From NCBI GenBank assembly GCA_965218435.1, contig CBDCKW010000005.1, positions 620,835 to 684,834 of the forward strand: a stretch of 64,000 nt of DNA, read 5' to 3'. The DNA is from Truepera sp. Its GTDB lineage: Bacteria > Deinococcota > Deinococci > Deinococcales > Trueperaceae. Under the pieces are notes generated by a model that did no database searches, was not told the origin of the DNA, and saw only the letters and a program-made list of their open reading frames with translations. Below, in pieces: positions 10,897 to 21,147 of the stretch (positions are counted from its first letter, which is position 1; each line of letters opens with the position of its first letter). The position numbers were made by a program, and so were the translations under genes.

Positions 10897-10981
10897 AACC
10901 CCCTCACCTTAGCGTTGCGTCTCTTAGACAGCTATCTTTCACCGATGTCTCCCTTACAAAGAGTTCGTTACGCACACAGGT

Positions 10982-11839
10982 CTAACCTTTCATACCTGAG
11001 GTCGCCACACCCCTTACAAAGTAGCGTTGAAGCAGGAGGAAGAAGATGACCGCGGGCAGGGTTGCAGCGACCGCCGACGCCATCACGACGCCTTGTTTCA
11101 TTGACATACCCGCCCCACCGACGAGGGTCGCCAGACCGACGGGCAGCGTCCGGGTGGCGTCCGTGTTGGTGACGATCAGGGGCCAAAAAAAGTTGTTCCA
11201 ACTCGAGACAAAGGTAAAAATGGCGACGGTGACAATGGCCGGACGGGAGAGCGGCAACAGGATGCGCCAAAAAAAGCCGAACTTGGTGCAGCCGTCAATG
11301 ACGGAGGCGTCCTCGAGTTCTTTGGGAACCGCCTGAAAAAACTGGCTAAACAAAAAGACCCCAAAGGCGTTGGCCGCGAGCGGCACCGACAAACTGAAAT
11401 AGCTGTCGGAGAGTCCCAAACGGCTTAAACCCAAAAAGAGTGGGACGAGCAGAATCTCGTAGGGAAGCAAAAAGGTCGCCAGAATCGTGAGGAGTACCAC
11501 GCGCCGCCCCCGAAACTGCATCCGCGCTAGCGGATACGCGGCTAGCGCGTCGATGACGAGCGTAAGCGAGGTCGTGATGACCGCGACGATCAAACTATTT
11601 TTGAACCAGGTGAGCATGGGGAAACGTTGAAACAGCGCCGTGTAATAGTTGAGGGTGGGGTGATCGGGCAGCCACTTGATCGGATACCGGAAAATCTCTG
11701 ACTCGGGTTTGAGCGAGGTGACTAGCATCCATAAAAAGGGCGCACCAAAGAGAATAGCGACAACGAGGAGCAGTAGGTAAGACGCTAGACGGCCCACCGA
11801 GATACCCTTTAGCTTGGGGCGAGCGCTTTGCATGTGCAC
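10982..11839 (-). CDS. Carbohydrate ABC transporter permease (MalG-like)
   Basis: EAA-like loop ELEDASVIDG; SWNNFFWPL. Confidence 0.93.
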   Translation of the reverse strand: MHMQSARPKLKGISVGRLASYLLLLVVAILFGAPFLWMLVTSLKPESEIFRYPIKWLPDHPTLNYYTALFQRFPMLTWFKNSLIVAVITTSLTLVIDALAAYPLARMQFRGRRVVLLTILATFLLPYEILLVPLFLGLSRLGLSDSYFSLSVPLAANAFGVFLFSQFFQAVPKELEDASVIDGCTKFGFFWRILLPLSRPAIVTVAIFTFVSSWNNFFWPLIVTNTDATRTLPVGLATLVGGAGMSMKQGVVMASAVAATLPAVIFFLLLQRYFVRGVATSGMKG

Positions 11840-11842
11840 CTC

Positions 11843-12766
11843 CTAAAGAACCCGCATGGCCCGGAGTTGAACGACGGTGAAGACGAGGGTGATAAGCAGC
11901 AAAATCACCGCAGCGGCGGACGCGGGTCCCATCTGAAAGTTTTGAAAAGCCGACAAGTAGATGTACTGGGCCATCACAAAGGTGCTCGCTCCGGGTCCTC
12001 CTTGCGTCATCACAAAAGCTTGACCAAAAACCCGCCACGACGAAACGATAGTTAAGGGGATGACAAACGCGTTCACAGGCAGCAGCAGAGGCAGGGTGAT
12101 AAAGCGAAAGCGCGCCCAAGCGTTGGCCCCGTCGAGTTTACCGGCGTCGAAAAGCTCCTCGGGGATATCCTGCAAGCCCGCCAAGTAGATAATCATGTTG
12201 ACGTTGACCGTCCACCAAAGGGTGGTGAGGGCGAGCGCAGGCATGGACCAATGCGCGTCGGTAAGCCAGCCGATGTGAGGAATCCCAAATAAGCTCAGGT
12301 AATAGTTGATGAGCCCCGTTGCTTTGTCGTAAAGCCACACCCACAAAATACCGACTGCCGACACCATAACGACGTAGGGCAGAAAAACGACCGTTCGGAC
12401 GAGGTTGGTCCCCTTGAGTTTTTGGTTGAGGAGGAGCGCGAGGGCGAGACCCACGACAACGAGTGGCACAGCCGTCAGCACCATAAAGTAAAACGTATTG
12501 AGAATCGACCTGAGAAAAAGCCGGTCGGTAAAAATTTGCTTGTAGTTGGCCCATCCGGCCCAACTGGGCGCGCCCAAGATGTCCCAGTGGGTAAAGCTGA
12601 TGGCGATACCCACCACGGCCGGCAGCAGCATGAACACGAAAAAAATAGCCAGGTAGGGGGTCATGAACAAGTAGGCCGACACACCGTCCCATACACGTCT
12701 GCGCGCCGCTCCTTTGCTCGGGGCGCGCGCGCGCGACGTCTGCTTACCATAGTCGTTAAGCGCCAT
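11843..12766 (-). CDS. Carbohydrate ABC transporter permease (MalF-like)
   Basis: LAGLQDIPEELFDAGKLDGA; MTQGGP. Confidence 0.93.
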   Translation of the reverse strand: MALNDYGKQTSRARAPSKGAARRRVWDGVSAYLFMTPYLAIFFVFMLLPAVVGIAISFTHWDILGAPSWAGWANYKQIFTDRLFLRSILNTFYFMVLTAVPLVVVGLALALLLNQKLKGTNLVRTVVFLPYVVMVSAVGILWVWLYDKATGLINYYLSLFGIPHIGWLTDAHWSMPALALTTLWWTVNVNMIIYLAGLQDIPEELFDAGKLDGANAWARFRFITLPLLLPVNAFVIPLTIVSSWRVFGQAFVMTQGGPGASTFVMAQYIYLSAFQNFQMGPASAAAVILLLITLVFTVVQLRAMRVL

Positions 12767-12819
12767 ACCAACCTTTCAAAACCGAGGTGACCTAAAAAAT
12801 CAGCTCGAGCCGCGCGGAT

Positions 12820-14169
12820 TCAGGGCTGGGCGAGCTGGTCGTCGATACCCGCTTTCATGTCTACCAGCGCCTGCTCAACCGTCTTTGAGCGACTGAGCGC
12901 GGCTTCTAGGTTGATCGACAGGGGCGTGGGTTTGGCAAACGAGAAGATTTGCGTGTATTGCGGGAGTGAGGGCTCGAACACGACGTACGGCAATTCTTTA
13001 ATAAACGCTTTGTAGTAGGCGTAGCGGGCGTCGTCGGTAAAGGTCGGGCTGCTTCGCGCGGCCGGGGACAGCGGAATAATCCCCACCGTCTTAGCGGGTA
13101 TGGCGTAGTTTTCGTAAAACCACGTGATGAACGCCATATTGTCTTGGTATTTATCGGTGTTGCGCTGCTTGGGAATAGACATGCAGTGCGCGTTGCCCCA
13201 AGTAGCGGGCTGTGAGCCGACTACAGGCAGGGGCGCTGTGGCGAAGTTCAGACCCTGACTCATGCGCAAGTTAACCTCCCACGGGCCGATGAAGCGAATG
13301 GCAACCTGCTTGGCAGCAAACGCGTCGTTGCCGCTTAAGCCTCCCGTACCTTGATTGGCTACTTTATGGTCATAAATGAGGTCGACGAGAAACTGGAGCG
13401 CCTGCTGCGACGCCTCGCTGTCGACCGCGGTTTTGCCCTGCTCGTCAAGAAAGCTGCCGCCAAACTGATGAAGCAAGCTGAACCACAGCCAGCGAGGAAT
13501 CGCGCCGGTCGTGGGTAAGTCGACGCCGTACTGCGTCACGCTGCCGCTCGCGTCGGTGATAGTCAGCTTCTGGGTCCAGTCGAGAAACGCGTCGCGCGTG
13601 GTGGGCGGCTGGTCCGGGTCGAGGCCCGCAGCGTTCACCATGTCCAGGTTGTAGTACATGCCCAGGGGGTGGACGTCCCCTGGTACCGCGTAGAGCTGGC
13701 CTTGCCACTGCGACGCCCCAAGCACCGCCGCAGGCACATCCGAAATGTCGAGGTTCGCCTCCCGCACAAGGTCGCCTATGGGTACGGTCATCCCGCGTTT
13801 GGCAAACTCAGGGATTTCGGACACATGGTGAAGAACGAGGTCTGGTGCCCCCCCCGACGCGGCCGAGATGACCCACTTGCTAAACAAGGTGTCCCACTCG
13901 AAAGCCGTGGGTTCGATGGTCAAGCCAAGACTGTTTTGCTTGTCAAAGAGGGTAAGGACGTCGTTGAGGGCGGTGGTATTGTCCGCCCCCGTCCAGCCGT
14001 GCCAGAGCGACAGCGTCGTTGCTGCACTTTGCGCTCGCACCGGAGATCCTAAAAATGTACCCGCGCCTACCGAAAACCCTAGGGCCAGCGCACCTACCAG
14101 AAAATCTCGACGAGAAATTTTCCCCTCGAGCCACGCCTGTAAAAGCGCCTGCTTGTCGTTCGTCGCCAT
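12820..14169 (-). CDS. Oligosaccharide ABC substrate-binding protein with Tat signal
   Basis: SRRDFL twin-arginine motif, GMYYNLD and family-1 SBP pattern. Confidence 0.9.
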   Translation of the reverse strand: MATNDKQALLQAWLEGKISRRDFLVGALALGFSVGAGTFLGSPVRAQSAATTLSLWHGWTGADNTTALNDVLTLFDKQNSLGLTIEPTAFEWDTLFSKWVISAASGGAPDLVLHHVSEIPEFAKRGMTVPIGDLVREANLDISDVPAAVLGASQWQGQLYAVPGDVHPLGMYYNLDMVNAAGLDPDQPPTTRDAFLDWTQKLTITDASGSVTQYGVDLPTTGAIPRWLWFSLLHQFGGSFLDEQGKTAVDSEASQQALQFLVDLIYDHKVANQGTGGLSGNDAFAAKQVAIRFIGPWEVNLRMSQGLNFATAPLPVVGSQPATWGNAHCMSIPKQRNTDKYQDNMAFITWFYENYAIPAKTVGIIPLSPAARSSPTFTDDARYAYYKAFIKELPYVVFEPSLPQYTQIFSFAKPTPLSINLEAALSRSKTVEQALVDMKAGIDDQLAQP

Positions 14170-14299
14170 AACCTTTCCTCCAAACTCCCTAACTCGAAGT
14201 GTTTTTTACCCGCCTATTTAGAAGACGGCGTCTCCTCTGAAATAGAGACGAGCTCAAGGTCTTTAGCTACCATTTAGTAACACTCGCTGATCGTAAAAT

Positions 14300-14342
14300 A
14301 GTATAGTGATATGATGAATATTTGTCAAGTGGTATGATGAAT
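14300..14342 (-). promoter_or_regulatory. Sigma70 promoter of the leftward sugar operon with two TATGATGAAT repeats (candidate FadR operator)
   Basis: Minus strand TTGACA(14328-14323)-17 nt-TATACT(14305-14300); TATGATGAAT at 14310-14319 and 14333-14342. Confidence 0.65.
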
Positions 14343-14418
14343 TGTAATACGATTAGGTAATTTAGCAGATAGTCAGTAGCTGCTCGAGATAAAACACTTT
14401 TAAGGAGGTCGTTAAAGG

Positions 14419-15159
14419 ATGAGGGCTGAGGCAAGGACATCCGAATTCGAACGCGTCGACAGCCAACCTTTATATCAGCGGGTCGTCCAGCAGGTGACCA
14501 GTCAGATTGTCGGCGGTATCTTAGCGCCCGGCTCTTCTCTTCCTGTCGAGACTGAGCTGTCGCAGCAATTTGGGGTGAGCCGAACCGTCATTCGTGAAGC
14601 GGTGCGGATACTTGCTTCCAAAGGACTCATTTCCGTGCGGCAGGGAAGCGGTATGCGGGTTCAGTCACCAGAGAGCTGGAACTATCTCGATCCTTTGGTG
14701 CTGTTTGAGCAGGTGCGGTGGGGTCATGGAGAGCTGCTCAATGAAGTGCTCGAGGTGCGCTACATCTTAGAAGTCGAGGTCGCGGCCTTAGCAGCCAAGC
14801 GGCGCACACCGGAAGATTTAGCCGCCATGCGAACATCCCTAGCGGGCATGGACAAGTATCTTGATGACCCTGACATCTTTACCGAGTTTGATGTTAAGTT
14901 CCATGAACACGTCCTTATCGCGGCCCGAAACCGCCTTTTGCGCGAAGCCATGAAGCCGGTTGCCGAGACGCTGCAAACAGGGCGTTCAATCACCAATCGG
15001 CTCTCCGGCGGGGCCGAGGCTTCGATGGTCGGTCACCGCGAAATTTATGACGCCATCGAAGCTCAAGACGCCGTGTCCGCCCGTGACGCGACGGGGCGTC
15101 ACGTCAAACAGTTTGAACATGACATTCGCGTCAGCCTTCGCGCTAACCTGTCTAAGTGA
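14419..15159 (+). CDS. FadR/GntR family regulator (DgoR-like)
   Basis: FGVSRTVIREA HTH; SWNYLDP and FDVKFHE (FCD domain). Confidence 0.92.
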   Translation: MRAEARTSEFERVDSQPLYQRVVQQVTSQIVGGILAPGSSLPVETELSQQFGVSRTVIREAVRILASKGLISVRQGSGMRVQSPESWNYLDPLVLFEQVRWGHGELLNEVLEVRYILEVEVAALAAKRRTPEDLAAMRTSLAGMDKYLDDPDIFTEFDVKFHEHVLIAARNRLLREAMKPVAETLQTGRSITNRLSGGAEASMVGHREIYDAIEAQDAVSARDATGRHVKQFEHDIRVSLRANLSK

Positions 15160-15935
15160 CCGAGATGAAGGGGGCTCTCCACAACAAACGCATCCTCATC
15201 ACGGGGGGAACAAGCGGTATCGGGCAGGCCGTTGCCGTCAGCGCAGCTCGAGCAGGTGCGGATGTCGCGTTTTGTGGTCTCACTGAAGAGGGCGCTGCTG
15301 AAACTGTCAAGGCTGTCGAGCAGGCTGGACGAAGGGCTTACTTCCAAGCCTTGGACTTGAGTGACCTAAACGCGGCGCGCCGTTTTACTCGAGCTGCCGT
15401 TGACCAGTTGGGCGGCGTGGACGGTCTCGTCAACAACGCGGGCACCAACTTCTTTCATGGTGTCTTGGAAGCCACCAAAGAGGACATCGAGCGCTGTTTC
15501 GCCGTAGACTTCTATCCCGCCTGGGCCATGAGTCAAGAAGTCTACCCTACGCTTAAGGCGGCAGGGGGTGGGGTCATCGTCAACGTCGCCTCCGTTCACG
15601 CCGAGCGAACCTCCCCCGGCGCGTTTCCCTATAACGCCGCCAAAGCCGCGCTCGTCGCTCTGACTAAGTCGCAGGCGCTCGAGTGGGGCGGGGACAACAT
15701 CCGGGCCGTGGTCCTAGCCCCCGCGTTTATCCTTACCCCGCTCGCGCAGGCTTATCTTGATGAGCAGGAACAACCTAAGGAGGCCCTGAGAGAGCTTGAG
15801 GAGGATCACCCCATTGGGCGCGTCGGTCAACCCGAGGACGTGGCCTCGCTGGTTGTCTACCTTTTGAGCGACGTAAACCGCTTCATTACCGGCAGTGCTA
15901 TCCTCGTTGACGGCGGCGTGAGCGCAAAACTCTAA
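15156..15935 (+). CDS. Short-chain dehydrogenase/reductase
   Basis: TGGTSGIG, NNAG, YNAAK and VDGG. Confidence 0.93.
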   Translation: MTEMKGALHNKRILITGGTSGIGQAVAVSAARAGADVAFCGLTEEGAAETVKAVEQAGRRAYFQALDLSDLNAARRFTRAAVDQLGGVDGLVNNAGTNFFHGVLEATKEDIERCFAVDFYPAWAMSQEVYPTLKAAGGGVIVNVASVHAERTSPGAFPYNAAKAALVALTKSQALEWGGDNIRAVVLAPAFILTPLAQAYLDEQEQPKEALRELEEDHPIGRVGQPEDVASLVVYLLSDVNRFITGSAILVDGGVSAKL

Positions 15936-15947
15936 AAGGAGGAAAAG

Positions 15948-16766
15948 GTGTTAACCGAAAAGCGCGTTGAAACGGGTGAAACGACGCTCAACTACGCCGA
16001 AGGCCCAGCGGTGGGCCCACCGCTGGTGTTGCTCCACGGGTTGACTGGGTGGTGGCGCAGTATGCATCCCCTAATGGCACGGCTGTCGCCCGCGTGGCAC
16101 ATCTACGCCTGTGATTTGCGCGGTCACGGCAAATCTGGCTGGGTTGCGGGCCGTTACCGGGTGACAGATTATGCGCAGGACATTTCCGCTTTTATCCAGG
16201 CCACCGTGCCCGAGCCGGTCGTCTTGCTCGGACACTCCTTGGGGGCCTTGACGGCGCTTGCTACTGCGTCTCGAGTCCCAGAGCATGTGCGCGCTCTGGT
16301 ACTGCTCGACCCGCCGCTTTTCAATCGCGATACCAGTATCGACACGACCCCCGAGTTCAGAGACTGGTTCAGCTGGGTTTACGAAACGGTGCGTTCAGAG
16401 CGCTCATATGAGGACGTGGTCGCCCGCTGCCAAGCTCTGATGCCGGAGGCGAACGAGGCCAGCGTCAAGGCACTGGCCGACCAAATCCGCAGAGTTGCGC
16501 CGGACACGGTGGACACTGCCCTTCACGATGGGCTATTTAGTGGCTTTAATCTCGAGGACGCTTTGCGACACGTAGCGTGTCCGACCCTGCTCCTTTACGG
16601 TGAGTGGGCTTGCGGTGCAGCAATGCGCGATGAGGATGCCGCCTTCGTACGAGCCAACCTTGCATCGGCCGTGATTGTCAAGCTGCCGAACGCCGGTCAC
16701 CAGCTTTACGAGCAGGAGACGGAAACCGTTCTGCGCCACCTGGAAGTTTTTCTCGCGTCAAGCTGA
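15948..16766 (+). CDS. Alpha/beta hydrolase
   Basis: LLHG, DLRGHG, GHSLG nucleophile and AGH. Confidence 0.9.
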   Translation: MLTEKRVETGETTLNYAEGPAVGPPLVLLHGLTGWWRSMHPLMARLSPAWHIYACDLRGHGKSGWVAGRYRVTDYAQDISAFIQATVPEPVVLLGHSLGALTALATASRVPEHVRALVLLDPPLFNRDTSIDTTPEFRDWFSWVYETVRSERSYEDVVARCQALMPEANEASVKALADQIRRVAPDTVDTALHDGLFSGFNLEDALRHVACPTLLLYGEWACGAAMRDEDAAFVRANLASAVIVKLPNAGHQLYEQETETVLRHLEVFLASS

Positions 16767-16855
16767 TCTAAGTCTGAGACCTTTGCCTGAGAACATCTTG
16801 GTAGTTCACTCGTCCGCTTGGCTAGAGATCGCTATTTTCTGAAGAAAGGGAACCT

Positions 16856-17560
16856 TTGTTCACACTTCTTTCTTATACTTTCGGTCCCGGCACACCGACT
16901 TTTGGCAACAATCCACCGATCGAGGTCAACGTCGTGTCTAGCATCGCGGAGGGCGGGGTCGCCAACTGGCTGGAATTTAAGACCATCAACCATAACGGTA
17001 CCCACATTGACGCGCCCTACCACTTCGACCCTATGGGCAAACGCCTCACCGATTTAGACGTCAACGAGCTTGTTTTCAAGGCCCCGGTAATCGTCGATAT
17101 TCCAAAAGAGGATGGAGAACTCGTTACGGCCGACGACCTGAGGCAGCATGACGAGGGAATAGCGGAGGCGGATTTGCTGCTCCTTCGCACGGGCTGGGGG
17201 GCTCAGCATCGGGCTACCGATCCCGTACGCTACGGTCGCCACGCGCCGGGCTTTGCCGCTTCAGCCGGGCTTTATCTTTTGGGAGAGCAACCAAGCTTAC
17301 GGGCCATCGCTATGGATTTGCCCTCAGCCGCTTCACCCGTCAGTGGACAGCCTAACGAGGAGGGGCTCGAGTTCCACCGGATCGTCCTAGGTACCTATAG
17401 AAGCCCGGAGGAACGCTACCTTTTGCTGATCGAGGATGTCCGTATCGAACTGGACTTAGACGTAACGCAGTTCCAGCGCATCATTGTCTCTCCCCTCTGG
17501 CTCGAGGGTGCTGACGCCGCACCTGTGACTATCTTAGCGGAATTCAGGCATGGCGGTTGA
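16856..17560 (+). CDS. Cyclase family (kynurenine formamidase-like) metal hydrolase
   Basis: HNGTHIDAPYH motif; LLLRTG. Confidence 0.88.
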   Translation: MFTLLSYTFGPGTPTFGNNPPIEVNVVSSIAEGGVANWLEFKTINHNGTHIDAPYHFDPMGKRLTDLDVNELVFKAPVIVDIPKEDGELVTADDLRQHDEGIAEADLLLLRTGWGAQHRATDPVRYGRHAPGFAASAGLYLLGEQPSLRAIAMDLPSAASPVSGQPNEEGLEFHRIVLGTYRSPEERYLLLIEDVRIELDLDVTQFQRIIVSPLWLEGADAAPVTILAEFRHGG

Positions 17561-17650
17561 ACAAGAGTCTCGCTTATCAATGAAACTTCATACTGCAAGC
17601 AGTTTCAAGCAGCCGTAAGAGATTTCTCGGTGGCTTCGCCGGCCCCCTTA

Positions 17651-18230
17651 TACGGATTCCGATAAAACCTCTAGTAAACACTTGGCCACCAGCGAAACAA
17701 GGCGTGGGCCTTAACACGTCCAGGTTGGCTAATAAGGAGTTCACACTGAACAATCAAGCGGCGCTCTAAGTCGTTAAGGTCAGCAGGACAGCGGTTGGCA
17801 ACGAGTTCGTCACTAAGCGACCAAAAATGTTCAGCCGGTTGCAGCTCAGAGGTGTATGGAGGTTGGTAGCTAACTTCGACACGCTCGGGCAGCACAAGCT
17901 TGGAACTGGTATGCCAAGCAGCATTGTCCAGCACTAGGAGAATGTGCTTTTGCGCTGAAACATCGAGGCTTGAGGCAAAGTTGTCGAGCACCACCTCAAA
18001 GGCAAGGGTACTTATCTCAAGCAGGATATACCACACCGTCCTTCCCATTTCGAGCTGGACAAAAGCATAAAGGTAAAGCCATTCGTATCTTGGGTAGGTG
18101 ACGATAAGGGGTCTTTGCCCTGTAGAAGCCCAGACTTTGCGAAAAACGGGTTTAAGGCCGATACGGTGTTCGTCTACACACCAAAGCTCAACGTGGTCAT
18201 GCAGTTTAGCTAGCTTAACGGCCTCAGGAT
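17651..18230 (-). mobile_element. IS630-family remnant (DDE half of the transposase plus one terminal repeat)
   Basis: The frame of ORF 17671..18048 extends upstream to WCVDEHRIGLKP; LDNAAWH and PPYTSELQPAE; end TA|TACGGATTCCGAT at ~17651; N-terminal HTH part missing. Confidence 0.8.
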
Positions 18231-18392
18231 GGGGCGACCGGCGAGGTCGTCGAAAGGCTTACAGAGCCGACCGAAATAGACGGGCACCACGTCGCCGCCT
18301 CAGGGGACGACCCCCGGTACCTGGTCGAGAGCGACAAGAGCGGCAAGCGGGCGGTGCATAAGCCCGACGCGCTTACGAAGGCAGGTGGGTAA
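18219..18392 (+). pseudogene. 5'-truncated DUF2945/Hva1-like small protein
   Basis: Hand translation GATGEVVERLTEPTEIDGHHVAASGDDPRYLVESDKSGKRAVHKPDAL; an in-frame stop lies just upstream and there is no start codon. Confidence 0.7.
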
Positions 18393-18557
18393 TAGCAGCA
18401 ACCGACAATGACACCATCTAGGAGTTCAAAGAGGCTGTCAACATGACGCCCAAGGGGCTGGCAACGCTGACATCCACCGAGTACTATGTACACAACCTAG
18501 CGTTACGACCAGCCACCGTAGAGTCTGACATTTTAAGCACGTCGGAGAGGATTTACG

Positions 18558-19394
18558 ATGAGTACGACTCTGGCCCAAACCCAAACGTTCGACACCGCGA
18601 CCCTTATGGGAGGTCTCTATGGGGACGGCATCATCGGCTACAAGGGGGCTTTTAGCCGCAGCTGGGTAGAAGCCTTGGGAGAAGATATAGCGGAGTTGTA
18701 CCAAGCTGCGCTCGAGCGTCCCGGCGGCGCGGTGGGACGCGGCCCCAAACGCCACTATGTAGAGATCCATCCCGAGGACATCCGCGGTTTTCTCGAGCTG
18801 GTGACACACCCTTGGGTCACTGCGGTGTGCGAGGCAGTACTGGGTCCAGCGTACAAGATTGTCGAGATCGGCTTCGACGTACCCAATCCCGGTGCCGTTG
18901 ACCAACCGTGGCACCGCGACTTTCCGGCACCAGAAGACACGCTCAAGGGCCGACGGCTCAACTCACTAGCGTTCAACGTGACTACCGTAGACGTTTTCGA
19001 GGACATGGGACCCTTTGTCGTTGCGCCCGGCACGCAGTGGGACCTACCCGAAGGCTTCGAGCATGAGATGTTCCCGCCGAAGTCGCTTTACGAGCGGTAC
19101 GAAAGACGGGCGCAGCGGAAGATGCCGCAGATGGGCGACATCTCGGTGCGTTCGGCGCTGACGATTCACCGCGGTACGGCCAACCGCTCGAACAAGTCCC
19201 GCCCGGTGCTCGTTCTCGGGGTTGACGCGCCCGGTGCGAACAACGCTGAGCGTCACGACCTGCAGCTTACGAGAGCGTATTTTGACACGCTGCCCGAGAG
19301 CGTACGCCAGCACCTCACCTATCGTCTGGTTGACGAACTCGAGTCTATCCAACAGGGTCACTCGATTGAAGGTCTGATGATGGGCGAAGCTTGA
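18558..19394 (+). CDS. Phytanoyl-CoA dioxygenase family (Fe/2OG) protein
   Basis: QPWHRD HxD motif, IHRGTAN and RPVL. Confidence 0.88.
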   Translation: MSTTLAQTQTFDTATLMGGLYGDGIIGYKGAFSRSWVEALGEDIAELYQAALERPGGAVGRGPKRHYVEIHPEDIRGFLELVTHPWVTAVCEAVLGPAYKIVEIGFDVPNPGAVDQPWHRDFPAPEDTLKGRRLNSLAFNVTTVDVFEDMGPFVVAPGTQWDLPEGFEHEMFPPKSLYERYERRAQRKMPQMGDISVRSALTIHRGTANRSNKSRPVLVLGVDAPGANNAERHDLQLTRAYFDTLPESVRQHLTYRLVDELESIQQGHSIEGLMMGEA

Positions 19395-19537
19395 CCTTAC
19401 GTAAGCCTTACAAGTAGTTCACACGGAAAAGGCGTGAAAACGTCGCTGGGAACTTGAGTTCGATCATGGCTATGGCCGCAGCTTTGTCTTCATAGCTAGA
19501 GGTCAACTTCTGCCTATCCCACACAGGCGGTATGGTC

Positions 19538-19926
19538 GGCTTCGACAAAGGCGCATTTCAAGTCGAGTGCCTCGCAAAATAAATGGCGGCCTTTTTTACA
19601 ATCGCTAACTCCATCTCGAGCCGCTTCACCTCACCTTGCAAACGCCTTAGCTCGGCGTCCTCGGCAGTTGGTTGTGCCCGCTTATGTCCTGGTAGCAAAC
19701 GTCCTTCACGGTACTGCTTACGCCACTTGGTGAGGTTCGCTTGCGGAATCCCCAGGCTATTAGCAGCTTCTGAAACGGTGTAGCCCTTCTCCTCGAGCAG
19801 TTTCACCGCATCGACCTTAAACGCCATCGGGTACTGCCTGACTACTCTTTTACCCTCTGACATAAGCTTCTCCTTGGCAGGATTCTAGACCCTGCTAGTT
19901 TTGTCCAAGGAGATGGACCAAGCCCA
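19538..19926 (-). mobile_element. Partial IS3-family copy (left end + orfA)
   Basis: Appears identical to 37067..37455; breaks off a few codons into orfB. Confidence 0.9.
19558..19863 (-). CDS. IS3 transposase OrfA
   Basis: HTH_Tnp_1 pattern FKVDAVKL..LGI..L.KW and coiled coil ELAIVKKA. Confidence 0.9.
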   Translation of the reverse strand: MSEGKRVVRQYPMAFKVDAVKLLEEKGYTVSEAANSLGIPQANLTKWRKQYREGRLLPGHKRAQPTAEDAELRRLQGEVKRLEMELAIVKKAAIYFARHST

Positions 19927-21147
19927 CTACCGTGCTGACCACTTATCTCGAACATCTTGAGAAACGATACGCTGAACAATGGTTCCGCTCGCTTTCTCTT
20001 TAAGAATGACTTTTGCCGTGCCATCTGGCATGTGTTCTTGTTTGATGAGCCAGTGAGCGTCGTCGTACTCTTTGAGCCCGTCGCCGCGGCTTTGATTACT
20101 CGAGCCGCGCCAATCCAGTTTGACCTCGGCCCACTGTTTTGTTCGAGCGGACTCGTAGGCCGCATCCATGATGGCGTTGACCACATAGCCGTCGTAAAAA
20201 TCTTCCCTCGGGCGGCGCTGTTCATCCAAGGCGTCGAGCATATCAGTGAACATCTCATCGTAGCCAAGCGCCGCGCCCTCGTCGCCGATCGGAAAAAGCC
20301 AACCCTTGTTGGTCTCGGCCTTTTCGGCGACGTAGTCGCCGCCAACGCCGGTGGTGAACATCTCGAAGCCTGTGCGTAGCCAGTGGTTGTTCCAGAGGGT
20401 GCCTTCGGTGCCCGAGACCTCGTCGCGGAGGTCCATGCCTCCCCTAAATGTCCAGCTAACCTCGAACTGGCCGACCGCGCCGTTAGCGTAGCGCACCAAG
20501 CCCACTGCGCTATCTTCGGCATCGATGGGGTGTACTTGAGTGTCAGCCCAACACATGACTTCTACCGGTTTGACATCTTTGCCGATGTAGTTGCGACTGA
20601 TCTCAATGCAGTGACACCCCAAATCGATGATAGCCCCGCCACCGGAAATCTGTTTGTCCCAAAACCAATCGCTGTGGGGGCCAGGATGCGTCTCGCGCGA
20701 GCGTGCCCAGAGCACTCTACCGAGTGCGCCGCCACGAACGGCTTGCAGCGCTTTGAGCGTTTTGGGGGGGTAGCAGAGGTCCTCGAGGTAGCCGTGAAGC
20801 ACGCCAGCCTTTTCAACGATATCGAGCATGGCTTTGGCTTCGGCGGCGGTGCGCCCAAGGGGTTTGGTGCACAACACGGCCTTGCCCGCGGTGGCAGCCA
20901 GTTCGACAGCTTCTAAGTGCAGGTTGTTGGGCAGCCCGATCACCACCACATCGGTGTCGGGATGGTTGATAGCTTCAGCCATGTCGGTTGTAACCTGCGG
21001 GATGTTCCAATCCTTTGCAAAGGCGTTCGCCCGCTCGGCAGTCCGTGAGTACACGACTTCGACGCGGTCGCGGCTGCGGCCTTTGTGTAAGGTCATAGTG
21101 TAGAACATACCGATAAGCCCCGTGCCCAACATCGTAATTTTATGCAT
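19927..21147 (-). CDS. Gfo/Idh/MocA oxidoreductase
   Basis: GTGLIG, LCTKPL and [10 protein letters not shown]; start at MHKITML. Confidence 0.92.
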   Translation of the reverse strand: MHKITMLGTGLIGMFYTMTLHKGRSRDRVEVVYSRTAERANAFAKDWNIPQVTTDMAEAINHPDTDVVVIGLPNNLHLEAVELAATAGKAVLCTKPLGRTAAEAKAMLDIVEKAGVLHGYLEDLCYPPKTLKALQAVRGGALGRVLWARSRETHPGPHSDWFWDKQISGGGAIIDLGCHCIEISRNYIGKDVKPVEVMCWADTQVHPIDAEDSAVGLVRYANGAVGQFEVSWTFRGGMDLRDEVSGTEGTLWNNHWLRTGFEMFTTGVGGDYVAEKAETNKGWLFPIGDEGAALGYDEMFTDMLDALDEQRRPREDFYDGYVVNAIMDAAYESARTKQWAEVKLDWRGSSNQSRGDGLKEYDDAHWLIKQEHMPDGTAKVILKEKASGTIVQRIVSQDVRDKWSAR

